Below are positions 22,758-33,334 of a stretch of 64,000 nucleotides of DNA, in pieces (position 1 is the stretch's first letter; the number at the start of each line of letters is the position of its first letter). The DNA comes from an uncultured delta proteobacterium (GTDB lineage: Bacteria; Desulfobacterota; Binatia; Binatales; Binataceae). The stretch spans positions 839,749 through 903,748 of the forward strand of contig CAWFDW010000001.1 of assembly GCA_963814715.1 (NCBI GenBank), given 5' to 3'. A model generated the notes under the pieces. It was not told the DNA's origin. It searched no databases and worked only from the letters and a program-made list of their open reading frames with translations. The position numbers and the translations under genes are program-made.

Positions 22758-23129
22758 ATGACACTCATGAAACAAATATCGACTCTTTTGATAGCAGCCG
22801 TGGTTCCAGTCGCTTTCGCTGCTCCATCGATCGCGCAGGAAGCAAGAACCCTGGGCACCGTCGTCAAAGGAAACACCACGATCGAGTTCAGAGCAGCCGA
22901 TACCAGCGATCTCGATCTGCAAAAGCTTCAGACCTGGAGCAGCTTCGCGAGCGAGCATCCCGACATCGCGCGTGAACTCGCCTACAACCCGTCGCTGATA
23001 AACAACGACAGCTATACGCAGAAGCATGCTGAACTCGGCCAGTTCTTCTCGGCGCATCCGGATATTCGTGAAGCGATGGCCGAGAATCCCGGCAACTACA
23101 ATGCGATTCCGCCGCGTCCCGGCGAGTAG
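22758..23129 (+). CDS. Small secreted hypothetical protein (HP-repeat helical), paralogue 1
   Basis: Signal peptide; FASEHPDIARELAYNPSLIN...[28 protein letters not shown]. Confidence 0.75.
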   Translation: MTLMKQISTLLIAAVVPVAFAAPSIAQEARTLGTVVKGNTTIEFRAADTSDLDLQKLQTWSSFASEHPDIARELAYNPSLINNDSYTQKHAELGQFFSAHPDIREAMAENPGNYNAIPPRPGE

Positions 23130-23220
23130 CACTCACTCGACCAGATCGGAACGAGATTTGTGTTCCTGACGGCACGCCCGAATTTTTGCATTTCGGAACG
23201 GACGAACTATGCTGATAAAG

Positions 23221-23584
23221 ATGAATCGTATATCGACCCTGTCGATTGCAGTCGCGCTTCCCGTCGCTTTCGCTGCTCCGTCGTTCGCACAGGACGGGAA
23301 AGACGCTCGGCACCGTCGTGAATGGAAACACCACGACCGTGTTCAAGGCGGCTGATAGTCGCGATATCGACACGCACAAGCTCAAGACGTGGAACGACTT
23401 CGCCAGCGAGCATCCGAAGGTCGCGACCGAGCTTGCTCACAATCCCGCGCTGATCAACGACGAGGCCTACGCGAAGAAGCATCCGCAACTCGGTGCGTTC
23501 TTCACCGCGCATCCGGAAATTCGTGAGGCTATGGCTGCGAATCCCGGCAACTACGTCGCGATTCCGCCGCGTCCCGGCGAATAG
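23221..23584 (+). CDS. Small secreted hypothetical protein, paralogue 2 (frameshift in the signal region)
   Basis: [12 protein letters not shown]...[20 protein letters not shown]...[25 protein letters not shown], clearly homologous to the upstream ORF. Confidence 0.75.
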
Positions 23585-23593
23585 CCGCGCTCG

Positions 23594-25899
23594 TCACTCG
23601 CCGTTTCTTTCTCGTACGGCGCGCCGCGCGAAGCCTTTCGATCGCCGTCGCTTGACCTTGGTCGCTTCCGTCTGCCGAGTCTCGGCGAAATCGATCATCG
23701 CCTGCTGACAGGCCGGCGCGGCGTCCGCGGCTGCGGTCCTGACGTATGTGCCGTCCGGCTGCATTTCCCACTGGCATCGATTCGGCCGTAGCTGGATGTC
23801 GAGCACGGCGCGCAATTCCTTGCGCAGTTGCGGATCTTCGACCGGCGCGACGACCTCGACGCGGCTCTCGAGATTGCGCTTCATGCAGTCGGCGGATCCA
23901 ATGAGAAAACTCCTCGGCGCCGCCGTTGCGAAAATAGTAAACCCGCCCGTGCTCGAGGAATCTTCCCACGATGCTAACTACGCGCACGCTTTCCGACAGC
24001 CCCTGGATTCCCGGACGCAGCCGGCACGTGTCGCGCACGATCAAATCGACCTTCACCCCCGCCTGCGACGCGCGATACAACGCCCGCGTGATATCCACGT
24101 CTTCCAGCGCGTTCATCTTGAACTGAATCAGCCCCGGCGACGCCGCCGAGCTGCACTTTGATCTCGCGCTCGATTCGCGCCAGCAGCGCGCGCTTCAGCA
24201 CCGTCGGCGCGGGCAGGATTTTGCGATACGGACGATTCGGCATGTAGCCGGTCGTCAGGTAGTTGAACAGCTCAGTCAGGTCTTCGCCAATCGTGTCGTC
24301 GCAAGTCAGCAGTCCGTAGTCCGCATAAAATCGCGCCGTCACCGGATGATAGTTGCCGGTCCCGATATGCGCGTACCGCCGCAGCCCGTTGTAGTCCTGC
24401 CGAATGACCAGGATCACCTTGCTATGCGTCTTCAGCCCCACCACTCCGTACGTCACGTGAATCCCGAATTCCTCGAGCTTGGTCGCGAACTGGATATTCG
24501 CCGCTTCGTCGAAGCGCGCCTTCAGCTCGACCACCACCGCAACCTGCTTGCCGTTGCGCGCCGCATCGCACAGGTAGCCGATGATCTTCGAGTCCGGCGA
24601 CGTCCGATACAGCGTCATCTTGATCGCGCGGACCTTCGGGTCGTCCGCCGCTTCGCGCAAAAACCGCTCGACCGACGTCGAGAACGACTCATACGGATGC
24701 AGCAGCAGCAACGATCCCGCATCGCGAATGACGTGGAAGATGCTCCGCCCGACCGTCAGCCGCGGATGATCGACCGGATGATGCGGCGGATCGTGCAGCG
24801 CGGGCTCGTCGATCGCCGCCAGCTCGTTCAGGTCGCGCATCGAGAGCATGCCATCGACTTCGAACACGTCGGAGCGCTCGTCCAGCCCGAGTTCCGCCGC
24901 CAGCATCCCGCGATGCACCGGATTCATCCCGGTCAGCACTTCCAGCCGCACGATTGGCGCGAAACGGCGGTCGCGCAGCTCGGATTCGATCAGCGCCAGC
25001 AAATCGTCGGCCTCGTCCTCGTCGCGCTCGGTGTTGGCGTTGCGCGTCACCCGGAACAGTTCGTACGAGTCGATGAGCATCGAGGGAAACAGCAGATCGA
25101 GATTGTTCGCGACGACGTCCTCGAGCCGCACAAAGTCATTTTGCTTGCCGACCCGGATGAAGCGCGGGATTCCAAAGCCGATCGGCACTTTCACCCGCGC
25201 CATCAGCGGGTCCGAATCGTTCTGATAGCGCGCCGTGACCAGCAAATTGAGCGACAGATTCGACACGAACGGGAACGGATGCGCCGGGTCCATCGCCTGC
25301 GGCGTCACCAGCGGAAAAATATTCTTGTAGTAGTAGTCGCGAACCGACTTGCACTCGTCATCGGTCAGGCTCGCGTATAGCCGCACCCGAATCCCATGAT
25401 TCTCGAGCTCGCGCAGAATATGCGGTCCGATCTCGCGCTGCCGCTGCTCCAGCTCGCGCACCACCGTGTAGCACTCGTTGATTTGCTGCTGCGGCGTGCG
25501 TCCATCGACCGTCAGCTCATGCATCCCGGCGACGACCTGCTGCTTCAGGCCGCCGATACGCTTCATGAAAAACTCGTCGAGGTTCGACGCCGTAATCGCC
25601 AGGAACTTCAGCCGTTCGAGCAGCGGATTTCGCTCGTCCTCCGCCTCATGCAGAACGCGTCGATTGAACGCGAGCCACGTCAGCTCGCGATTAAGGAACA
25701 GGTCCGGCGAGGTGAGGTCTTTGTCGATATGCGGCGGCGGCGCCTTCTCGACCGCCGTGACCGATCCATCAATCGCCTCCAACGCCGCTATCGAATCGAT
25801 CGCCGCTCCGTTTTGAGGCGCAGGCGATTCCGCGACCACAGCCGCGCCAACTATTCCATGACTATCCGGTTGATTGCCCATTTGCTCATCGAACTCCAT
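23594..25899 (-). CDS. ppk1: Polyphosphate kinase 1 (frameshifts near 24130 and 23900)
   Basis: [68 protein letters not shown]. Confidence 0.95.
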
Positions 25900-26056
25900 C
25901 CAGCCCCTCCTCCCGACCCAAGCATTCTATCCACCCGCGCGCCCGATTGCCTATCGTCCAATACATGAGTATTTCCGCGATGTTATATCACTGCGATTTG
26001 TTATCGACACGCCGATTATGCGATTCTCCTGACCGGTTTCACGCTCAGGTGGCACT

Positions 26057-27238
26057 ATGAACGACTACTTGTACGAGGTCGCAAACCGGCTCGTCGCGTT
26101 CGACACGGTCAGCGCAAAAAGCGATCGCGACGCAATCGAATACATCGCGGCGGAGCTCGCGCCTCGAGGATTCAAAACCGCAATTCAACCCGTCGAACTG
26201 TTCGGCGTGTCGCAGGCCAACCTCGTCGCATGGATCGGGCCGCCGCGCGCCGACGGTCTGATAATTTCAGGCCATGTCGATGTAGTCCCATTCGACGGAC
26301 AGCCCGGATGGGATCGAGATCCGCTCAAGCTCGAACTCGCGGGCGACAAAATTTACGGCCGCGGCACCACCGACATGAAGGGCTTCATCGCGCAATGCCT
26401 CGACGCGTCGCGCACGCTCGATTCATCGCGGCTCAAGCGCCCGCTGGTATTCGTGTTCACCGCGAGCGAGGAAGTCGGATGCCTCGGCGCTAAAAGCGTC
26501 GCGCCCGCGCTCAAACAGATCCTCGGCGAAACTCCGGTCCCTCAGTTGGCATGGATCGGCGAACCGACTTCGTGGGAAGTGTCGCGCGCGCACAAGAGCA
26601 TCGTGTCGTTCGGCGTGACGGTTCGCGGCGTCGGCGGTCACAGCGGCGCCCCGGCCCGCGGTGTTAACGCGATCGCCGTGATGGGCCGGGTCGTCGACAC
26701 CATCGGCCGCTATCAGCAGGAACTAGCAGCGCGCAGACCCGCCGAATATGCCGAGATTTTTCCCGACGCGCCGCACGACGTGCTGAATTTCGGCACGGTC
26801 CACGGCGGCATCGCCCTCAACATGATCGCCGAGGAATGCACGCTGCGCGTCAGCTACCGCACCCTGCCCGACGCCGAACCGCTCAACGTTTACAACGAGA
26901 TCCAGCGCCGCCTGGCCGCGCTCGACGTCCACGACTACGCCGGCCGCGAGCATCGCGCGACAATCGAAACCAATCTCCTGAACGTAGTGCCTCCACTCGA
27001 CTCCCCGCGCGGAACGGCCCTGGAAGCCGCTCTGTTCGAAGTCACCGGCGCAAAAACCTCTGGCGGCGCCCTCTACGCCACCGACGGCGGATGGTTCACC
27101 GGCTCAAAAATCACATCGCTAATCTGCGGCCCCGGCGACCTCGATCAAGCCCATCAACCCAACGAACACGTCCGCCGCGACGCCTTCGACCGCGGCCCCG
27201 CAATGATCCAAAAAGTAATAGACCGCCTCTGCACGTGA
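26057..27238 (+). CDS. argE: M20 family acetylornithine deacetylase
   Basis: SGHVDVVP, GRGTTDMKGF, EEVGCLG, GEPT, GHS, QAHQPNE. Confidence 0.8.
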   Translation: MNDYLYEVANRLVAFDTVSAKSDRDAIEYIAAELAPRGFKTAIQPVELFGVSQANLVAWIGPPRADGLIISGHVDVVPFDGQPGWDRDPLKLELAGDKIYGRGTTDMKGFIAQCLDASRTLDSSRLKRPLVFVFTASEEVGCLGAKSVAPALKQILGETPVPQLAWIGEPTSWEVSRAHKSIVSFGVTVRGVGGHSGAPARGVNAIAVMGRVVDTIGRYQQELAARRPAEYAEIFPDAPHDVLNFGTVHGGIALNMIAEECTLRVSYRTLPDAEPLNVYNEIQRRLAALDVHDYAGREHRATIETNLLNVVPPLDSPRGTALEAALFEVTGAKTSGGALYATDGGWFTGSKITSLICGPGDLDQAHQPNEHVRRDAFDRGPAMIQKVIDRLCT

Positions 27239-27270
27239 TTTTCTTGCGCCAGCCCTTGCGCACTCCCAAC

Positions 27271-27399
27271 AATCCGGTTCCCCTTCACACTCGGGAAGAG
27301 GTTACTCACAACAAGCCGGTTCTCCTTCCCGCTCGAGAAGAGGCTACTCTCCACAATCCGGTTCCCCTTCCCGCTCGGGAAGGGGTTAGGGGTTAGGTT
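27271..27399 (+). repeat. Three tandem 42-bp REP-like units; the last carries the GGGGTTAGGGGTTAGG tail
   Basis: Units start at 27271, 27313 and 27355 (AATCCGGTTCCCCTTCCCGCTCGGGAAG...). Confidence 0.85.
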
Positions 27400-27584
27400 G
27401 CTCGGATCGATCGCAACGCCCGCAGCTTCGCTTTCTTGTGTCATCCTGACGACCGGAGCAACGCGACGGGAGGAATGGACCTCGGACAGCTTCGCGTACG
27501 CGAAGCCGGTTCCGGTCTCTGAAATCGCGCAGCGCTCCTTTGCCGAAAGCACGAAGGAAAGACGGCGATGGCGGCGATCCAGAG

Positions 27585-27627
27585 AACCCAACCCCTAACC
27601 CCTTCCCGAGCGGGAAGGGGAACCGGA
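27585..27627 (-). repeat. Inverted copy of the CCCCTTCCCG-CT-CGGGAAGGGG REP
   Basis: AACCCAACCCCTAACCCCTTCCCGAGCGGGAAGGGGAACCGG, the near reverse complement of 27358-27399. Confidence 0.85.
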
Positions 27628-27638
27628 CTTTGGGAGTT

Positions 27639-28388
27639 TCACTGCACCGAAATCGGAATCCTCACCTCAAACGTCGACGCAATCGCCACCCCGTTCTTCA
27701 CCGCCGGAAAAAACTTCCACTGCTTCAGCGTGTCGAGCAGCACCTGGTTCAGCCGCGGATTCGACGTCGGCTTTTCCAGCGTCACCTCGCTCACGCCGTC
27801 GAACGTCACGTTGAAACGCGCGACCGCCTCGGTCTGCATCACGTCCTCGCGCAAGTCGTCCGGGATCACCGGCGTCGGCGCATAGATCGCGCGCGCACCC
27901 ACCGTATCGGTGCCGATTCCGCCGCCAGATCCTCCGCCGCTTCCTGAACCGCTGCTGCTCGCGCCGCTTTCCGTCGCAGTTCCCGCCCCCGCGCCCGGTT
28001 TCTCCTCGACGCCCGGCGCCGCGGTATTCTTCTCGATGCCATCTGGCGATCGAATCACCGGCGGCAGCGGTGCGGCCTTCTTCAGATGCGCCACCGGATG
28101 CGGCTTGACGACTGGCACGGGTTTCGGATGAGGAATCGCCGGCGCCGCCGGATGCATCGCGCCGCCGTTGCCCTGCAGGCCCGCCGGCTTCGGTATATCG
28201 ATCAGCCGCGCCTCGATCGGCGGCAACTCCTGTTGCGGCATCACCTTGGTGCGCATCAGGATGAGCGAAAATCCGCTCAGCAGAATCGCCCAAATCGCAA
28301 TCGACAGCGGGACGATCAACAGCAGACGCCGCGCCGGCTCGTCCAGCTCCGGCGGTCGTGTCGCTATCTGAGCTGCACCCGCGCCCAT
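27639..28388 (-). CDS. tonB: Energy transducer TonB
   Basis: N-terminal TM helix, Pro-rich linker, C-terminal TonB_C-like domain (LKQWKFFPAVKNG). Confidence 0.8.
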   Translation of the reverse strand: MGAGAAQIATRPPELDEPARRLLLIVPLSIAIWAILLSGFSLILMRTKVMPQQELPPIEARLIDIPKPAGLQGNGGAMHPAAPAIPHPKPVPVVKPHPVAHLKKAAPLPPVIRSPDGIEKNTAAPGVEEKPGAGAGTATESGASSSGSGSGGGSGGGIGTDTVGARAIYAPTPVIPDDLREDVMQTEAVARFNVTFDGVSEVTLEKPTSNPRLNQVLLDTLKQWKFFPAVKNGVAIASTFEVRIPISVQ

Positions 28389-28389
28389 C

Positions 28390-28789
28390 TCAATGCTTCA
28401 CCGCAATCAGAAATTTCTCGACGCCCGCGCGCCGCGCCTCGATCATCGCCTCGACCACCGTCCCCTCGGGCGCGTCAGTATCCGCGTTCACCACCACGCC
28501 CGAGATCGTTCGTCTTGAGCATCGGCTTAAGCACGAACGCCAGTTGCTCGAGCGTGGTCGGTGTCTTGTCGATGAAGATCTTGCTGTCGTGCGTGACCGT
28601 CAGTGTGATCGGCTCCTGATGCGCCATCGATTCGGCGTTGCCCTTGGGCAGATTGACCGCGATCGAGTTGAGACTCTGCATCGACAGCGACGCCAGCATG
28701 AACGTCACCAGCAGAAAGAACATCACGTCGATCATCGGGATGATCTCGATTCGACCGTGCCGAAAATGCCGCGCTCGCTGGATTTTCAT
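28390..28789 (-). CDS. exbD: ExbD/TolR (frameshift near 28500)
   Basis: RIEIIPMIDVMFFLLVTFML, VNLPK. Confidence 0.85.
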
Positions 28790-29462
28790 CGCGCGACTGC
28801 CGTCGGTCGTGCAATCGGCCGCCGCCTCGCCGCCTTCCTGGTCGAGCCGTATGTGATCGACCAGCCGCGATCCCAGCCGCTCCATCGTGTCGAGTGATTG
28901 CGATTGCATCCGCGAAAACAGGTTGAACGCAAACAGCGCGATCACCGCGATCAGCAAGCCGAGCGCCGTCGCGATCAGTGCCTGCGCGACGCCCGCCGTC
29001 ACCTGCGTCGGCGCCACCAGCGTCGACGCGCCAATCACGTTGAACGACTGCATCATCCCCGTGATAGTGCCGAGCAAGCCGAGCAGCGGCGCCGCCGTCA
29101 CGACCGTCTCGAGCACCCACAGTCCGCGCGCGAGCGTCTTTTCGATCCGGCCGGCTTCGTCGCCGGCTCTCGATTCGACCCACCACGCCGGCTGATGGCG
29201 ATTGTCGGCGATCACCTGGAGGAAGCGTCCGTAAGCGTTGCGCGGACCCGGCTCCTTCAACCGATTCTCGAGTTCCACCCACGAGAATCCGAACGTTTCG
29301 ACCAGGTCCGCCAGTTCGACTGCCGGCAGCCGCAGGCATCGCGCGTAAAGCACGCGCGCGGTCGATGATTATCACAATCGCGAGGACGCCCAGCGCCAGC
29401 AGCGGATAGACCATCGCGCCGCCGAACTTGATCGCGCTCCACGCTGCATATAGTTCCTGCAT
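28786..29462 (-). CDS. exbB: ExbB/TolQ/MotA proton channel (frameshift near 29355)
   Basis: GGAMVYPLL, TAAPLLGLLGTITGMMQSF, GVAQALIATALGL. Confidence 0.88.
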
Positions 29463-29483
29463 TACTCAGTTCTCCTTACTCTT

Positions 29484-29512
29484 AGTGGCGCGGGCCGCCG
29501 TGCCCGCGATTC
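29484..29512 (+). repeat. GTGG-type REP (identical copy at 33264-33292)
   Basis: AGTGG-CGCGGGC-CGCCGT-GCCCGCG-ATTC: a tetranucleotide followed by a 7-bp hairpin. Confidence 0.75.
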
Positions 29513-29515
29513 AAT

Positions 29516-31912
29516 TCACTGGATCGCGGTCGCCGGCTTTGTGAATGGAAGTTCCCATTTTATTCCGCCGTATAACGCCCGGCGCGGACCGAATTGCGCC
29601 GCGAATACTCCGATGCCCGATCCGTTGCGAATCTGGTAGATGTGATCGTTCATGTTCACCATCGCGGTGCGAAATTCGAGCACGCCGCCATGGTTCGGGA
29701 CTGTTACGCGCTTGGTGATCCCACCGTCGACCTGGATGTAGTACGGCAGGTTTCCAGTGTTAGCGAACCCGGATCGAAGCCCGCTCCCATAAATTCCGTC
29801 GATGCTGAACACGAATCCGTGGAAGTTGTAAACGGCCCCGGCCGAATTGGTGAACGTCTGGTCGTGATCGAGAAAAATGTAGTGACTGTTGATGAACTTC
29901 AGTTCGTTCGGCGCGAAGTTGAACTGTCCCGATTCGACTTGCGTCCCCTGCGCGACGCTCCAGGCGAAGTTATCGTAGAGATACAAATTGTTGTGAGTGT
30001 AAGAGCTCGTGAACTCGACGCCGTAGACCCGGCCCTTCGCGTAGTTGAACGTCTCGAAAATCAGCGCCGGTCCGAACTGCCCTTCGTCGATCAGGTCGGC
30101 CGCCTTCTTGTAATACGAGTCGATGCCGACGTTCAGGCCGGGAATGATCTGTTGCGTTACTCCCGACGTCAAACAGATGGTCGCGCTCGACGGTCGGCGT
30201 GCCGTTGCCGTTGGATGCGGGCGCGCCGGTGGTGCCCTTGAATTTCGCGATCGTGCTCACCGATACGAGCTCGGTCGGCGGCGGCGTCATCTGACGCGCA
30301 TAGCCCGCGTGCAGCGTCGTGCCCTTGAACAGCTTGTATTCCGCCGCGACCCGCGGACTCGCCTGATCCGCTCGCACCAGCCCGTCGTACAGGTCGAAGC
30401 GAACGCCGTAGTTCAGCGTCAGCTTTTCCGTCAGCTTCCATTCGTCCTGGATGTAGCCGCTGTAAATCCAGGTCTGCAGCGCGAGGTCGTCGACGATATC
30501 GAATCGGATACGTCGGACGGCCTCCACCCGACGGATCGGGAAGATCGCCTCATGATTGTCGATCTCGGCGCGCTCGGCATCGAAATATCCGCCAAGCCGA
30601 AAAGTATGATCGGCGATTCCATGGTAGGCGGTGTCGAGCTGAAAACCGTTGCCCCAGTCGCTGCGGAAAACCCTCGATGCGGCCCCGTTATAAATCAGGT
30701 CGCCGGTGTGATCCGGATTGAAAGTGACCGTCGAGTAACGGCTGAACGGCGCAATCTGATAGTCGATGTTGTCGCCGACAGTTCCCTGCAGCGCCAGCAC
30801 GTTGAAGTAGTTCTGCTCGAACTGATTCTCACGCACTTTCGCCGACGGATAGACCGGCACGCCCGCCAGCGCGAACACCTGCGGCTGATCCGGATTCGCC
30901 GGAATCTGAAAGTGATTGATCGCGGCTCCCGAGATCAGGCTGAGCCGCGTCGTCGGATTCAGAAAATACGAAAAGTACCCGAAGCCCGATCCCTGGTTGC
31001 TCGTGTCGTGAATCGCCGTCGGTCCCGGCGTCGGCGGCTCGACTCCGCGATCGGTGCCCAGGTACTGCCCCGTCACGAAGTAGCTGAAATTGCCCTTCGA
31101 TCCGCCGTACTCGAAGCTCGGCTCAGTCGTCCCGCGCTGCCCGCCATAGAAATCGACGTCGGCGACCGGGTCGAGCAGCCCGTCCTTGGTCTTGATGTCG
31201 ATGATCCCCGCCGTCCGCAGTCCGTATTCCGCCGGCAGCACTCCAGTCAGCAGGCTGATCGATTGTGCGAAGCGCGGACTCAGCACCTGCCCGAAACCCG
31301 TAATACCTTCGGGAAGCTGTACGCCGTTTATTCGGTACTGAATATTGGCGTGGTCGCCGCGCACGTGGAGTTGTCCGAACGAATCCTGCGCGACGCCCGG
31401 CGCCTGCAGTATCACCTGGTTCAGAGGCGTATTCGCGCCCTGCGGCAATTCCTGGATCGCCTGCTGGCTGAAGGTGTATTTGCTGCCGCCGGTAGTCGGC
31501 GACAAGGAGTTGCGCGACTTGGTTCAGCCGCGTCGCCGCGACCGCCAGGCTGACCGATTTCTCGGCTTCCATCGCGACTACCACCGGCGCCGCCCCCTTG
31601 TCCGTCACCGACACGATCGAAGTCGCCGTCTTGAATCCACTGCCGGTCGCCACGATCGCATAAACGCCGGGCGCCGCGTTGAACGAAAACTCGCCCGCGT
31701 CGTTGCTCGACGCATGCGCCATCAACTTCCCACTGGAATGCCTGAATCGACAGCGCCGCCTGCTTGATCGGTCTGCCCAGCGCGTCCTTCACCACGCCGG
31801 TGATTCGATGAACCGTTCCGGCCTTCAAATTTGCCGCCATTGACGGCGTGCAAAAAACCAGTTGAATCAGGACCCCGGCCACCGGGATCCACGCAAATAA
31901 ATTCCTCCGCAT
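29516..31912 (-). CDS. TonB-dependent receptor with N-terminal carboxypeptidase-regulatory-like domain (about 3 frameshifts)
   Basis: ITGVVKDALGRPI, plug region QAPGVAQDSFGQLHVRGDHANIQYRINGV, LNYGVRFD, C-terminal beta-strand; adjacent to exbB/exbD/tonB. Confidence 0.9.
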
Positions 31913-32020
31913 CAGAAGCTCCCATCAATTCCGGTTTCCGCCCGCGCCTACGAAACGCGAGTGGCGGCGCGCGAAACGATCGCGCGCACGATTAAGAATC
32001 GAATCTGTCGAAAGGGGGCT

Positions 32021-32350
32021 TTAGAGCGATACGGGCGGCGCACGCACGCGTGCGGTCGAGAATACCGGCGACTCGGCGCGAGCCGGCGCGGCGACGAATA
32101 TTGTTTCGGCTATCGCGGGTCCGCGTGCGACGGTCGTCGCCTGCGCCAATGAACCCGGCGCATGCAACGCCAACTGGCAGATAGGACAGGATCCCGCGTC
32201 GACGCTCAGCGCGGCGCTTGCAACCCCGTTGCGGGAAACCGCGCCGCCGTCATGAAAATGCGCGACCCCAATCAGCTGCGAGACGAGCAGCAGCGCCGCG
32301 CCGAATATCGCGATCGCCGTCCTGCCGCCTCTGTGAATTCTGGATATCAT
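32021..32350 (-). CDS. DUF2946-like leader protein (signal/TM segment, HFH, CPIC, C-terminal RAPP)
   Basis: LLLVSQLIGVAHFH...SCPICQLALH...ARVRAPPVSL*, directly upstream of the TonB-dependent receptor. Confidence 0.75.
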   Translation of the reverse strand: MISRIHRGGRTAIAIFGAALLLVSQLIGVAHFHDGGAVSRNGVASAALSVDAGSCPICQLALHAPGSLAQATTVARGPAIAETIFVAAPARAESPVFSTARVRAPPVSL

Positions 32351-32498
32351 CAGCCGAATCAGACCCACTGATCGAGCCTGCCGCGCAACAACCAGATGTG
32401 TCAAGTGATTCTTGATACCAAGCTGCAAGGGTTACCTGTGCCCAGGGAACGAATTTAATACTATTGCTTCACGGAGATTATTAACTATAGTTAAGTAC

Positions 32499-33261
32499 AT
32501 GACGACCACCAACCAGACCTGGGACCCCGACGCATACGCACGTAATGCCCGATTCGTCTCCGACCTCGGCGCGCCGGTTGTCGAGCTGCTCGCGCCTCGC
32601 CCCGGCGAGCGAATCCTCGACCTCGGATGCGGTGATGGCGCACTCACGATAAAGCTCGCCGCCCTGGGATGCGACGTTGTCGGCGTCGATTCGAGCGCGC
32701 CGCAAATCGAAGCCGCACGACGCCTCGGTCTCGACGCGCGCGTCGTCGACGGCGAGCGCCTCACCTTCGATGCCGAGTTCGACGCCGTGTTCAGCAACGC
32801 CGCAATCCACTGGATGAAACCACCGGACGACGTGATCGCCGGCGTATGGCGTGCGCTCCGCCCGAGCGGCCGCTTCGTCGCGCGAGTTCGGCGGCCACGG
32901 ATGCGTCGAGACGATCAAGCGCGCGCTGATCGACGCGCTGCGACGCCGCGGCATCGACGGCGACGCTCTCAATCCGTGGTACTTCCCGACCGTCGAGGAT
33001 TACTCCGCGCGGCTCGCACGCCGCGGATTCGCCGTCAGATACATCGCGCTGATTCCTCGCCCGACTCCGCTGCCGACCGAAATCAACGGATGGCTCGAGA
33101 CTTTCGCGCAGAGCTTCATGGCGCCGCTGGCGAAAAACGACCGCGCCGAATTTATCGACGAGGTTCGCGAAGCATTGCGTCCCAAACTCTGCGACGGCGA
33201 CGGCAAATGGTTCGCCGACTACGTTCGCCTCCGATTTGCCGCCGACAAGCCGCGCGCCTGA
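32499..33261 (+). CDS. Class I SAM-dependent methyltransferase (Tam-like; frameshift near 32880)
   Basis: ILDLGCGDG, FDAVFSNAAIHW, ADYVRLRF. Confidence 0.88.
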
Positions 33262-33263
33262 CC

Positions 33264-33292
33264 AGTGGCGCGGGCCGCCGTGCCCGCGATTC
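33264..33292 (+). repeat. GTGG-type REP
   Basis: 29 bp identical to 29484-29512. Confidence 0.75.
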
Positions 33293-33334
33293 GTTTGAGT
33301 TCCCGCGCGTCCAGCGGCAGTATTGCGCGGGAAG

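Noticed and set aside
27271-27399. CRISPR array (also 35601-35730)
   Set aside because: Only three degenerate units with linkers of about 12-19 bp, one linker reused at both loci, the same unit scattered singly elsewhere, and no cas genes; this fits REP arrays
27381-27399. Eukaryotic telomere or contamination suggested by TTAGGG-like sequence
   Set aside because: Only two GGGGTTA units, always attached to the same bacterial hairpin in intergenic positions
28475-29353. Natural ExbB-ExbD fusion protein
   Set aside because: The junction contains CGATGA, the usual ATGA stop/start overlap; one indel in this error-rich sequence would create the apparent fusion
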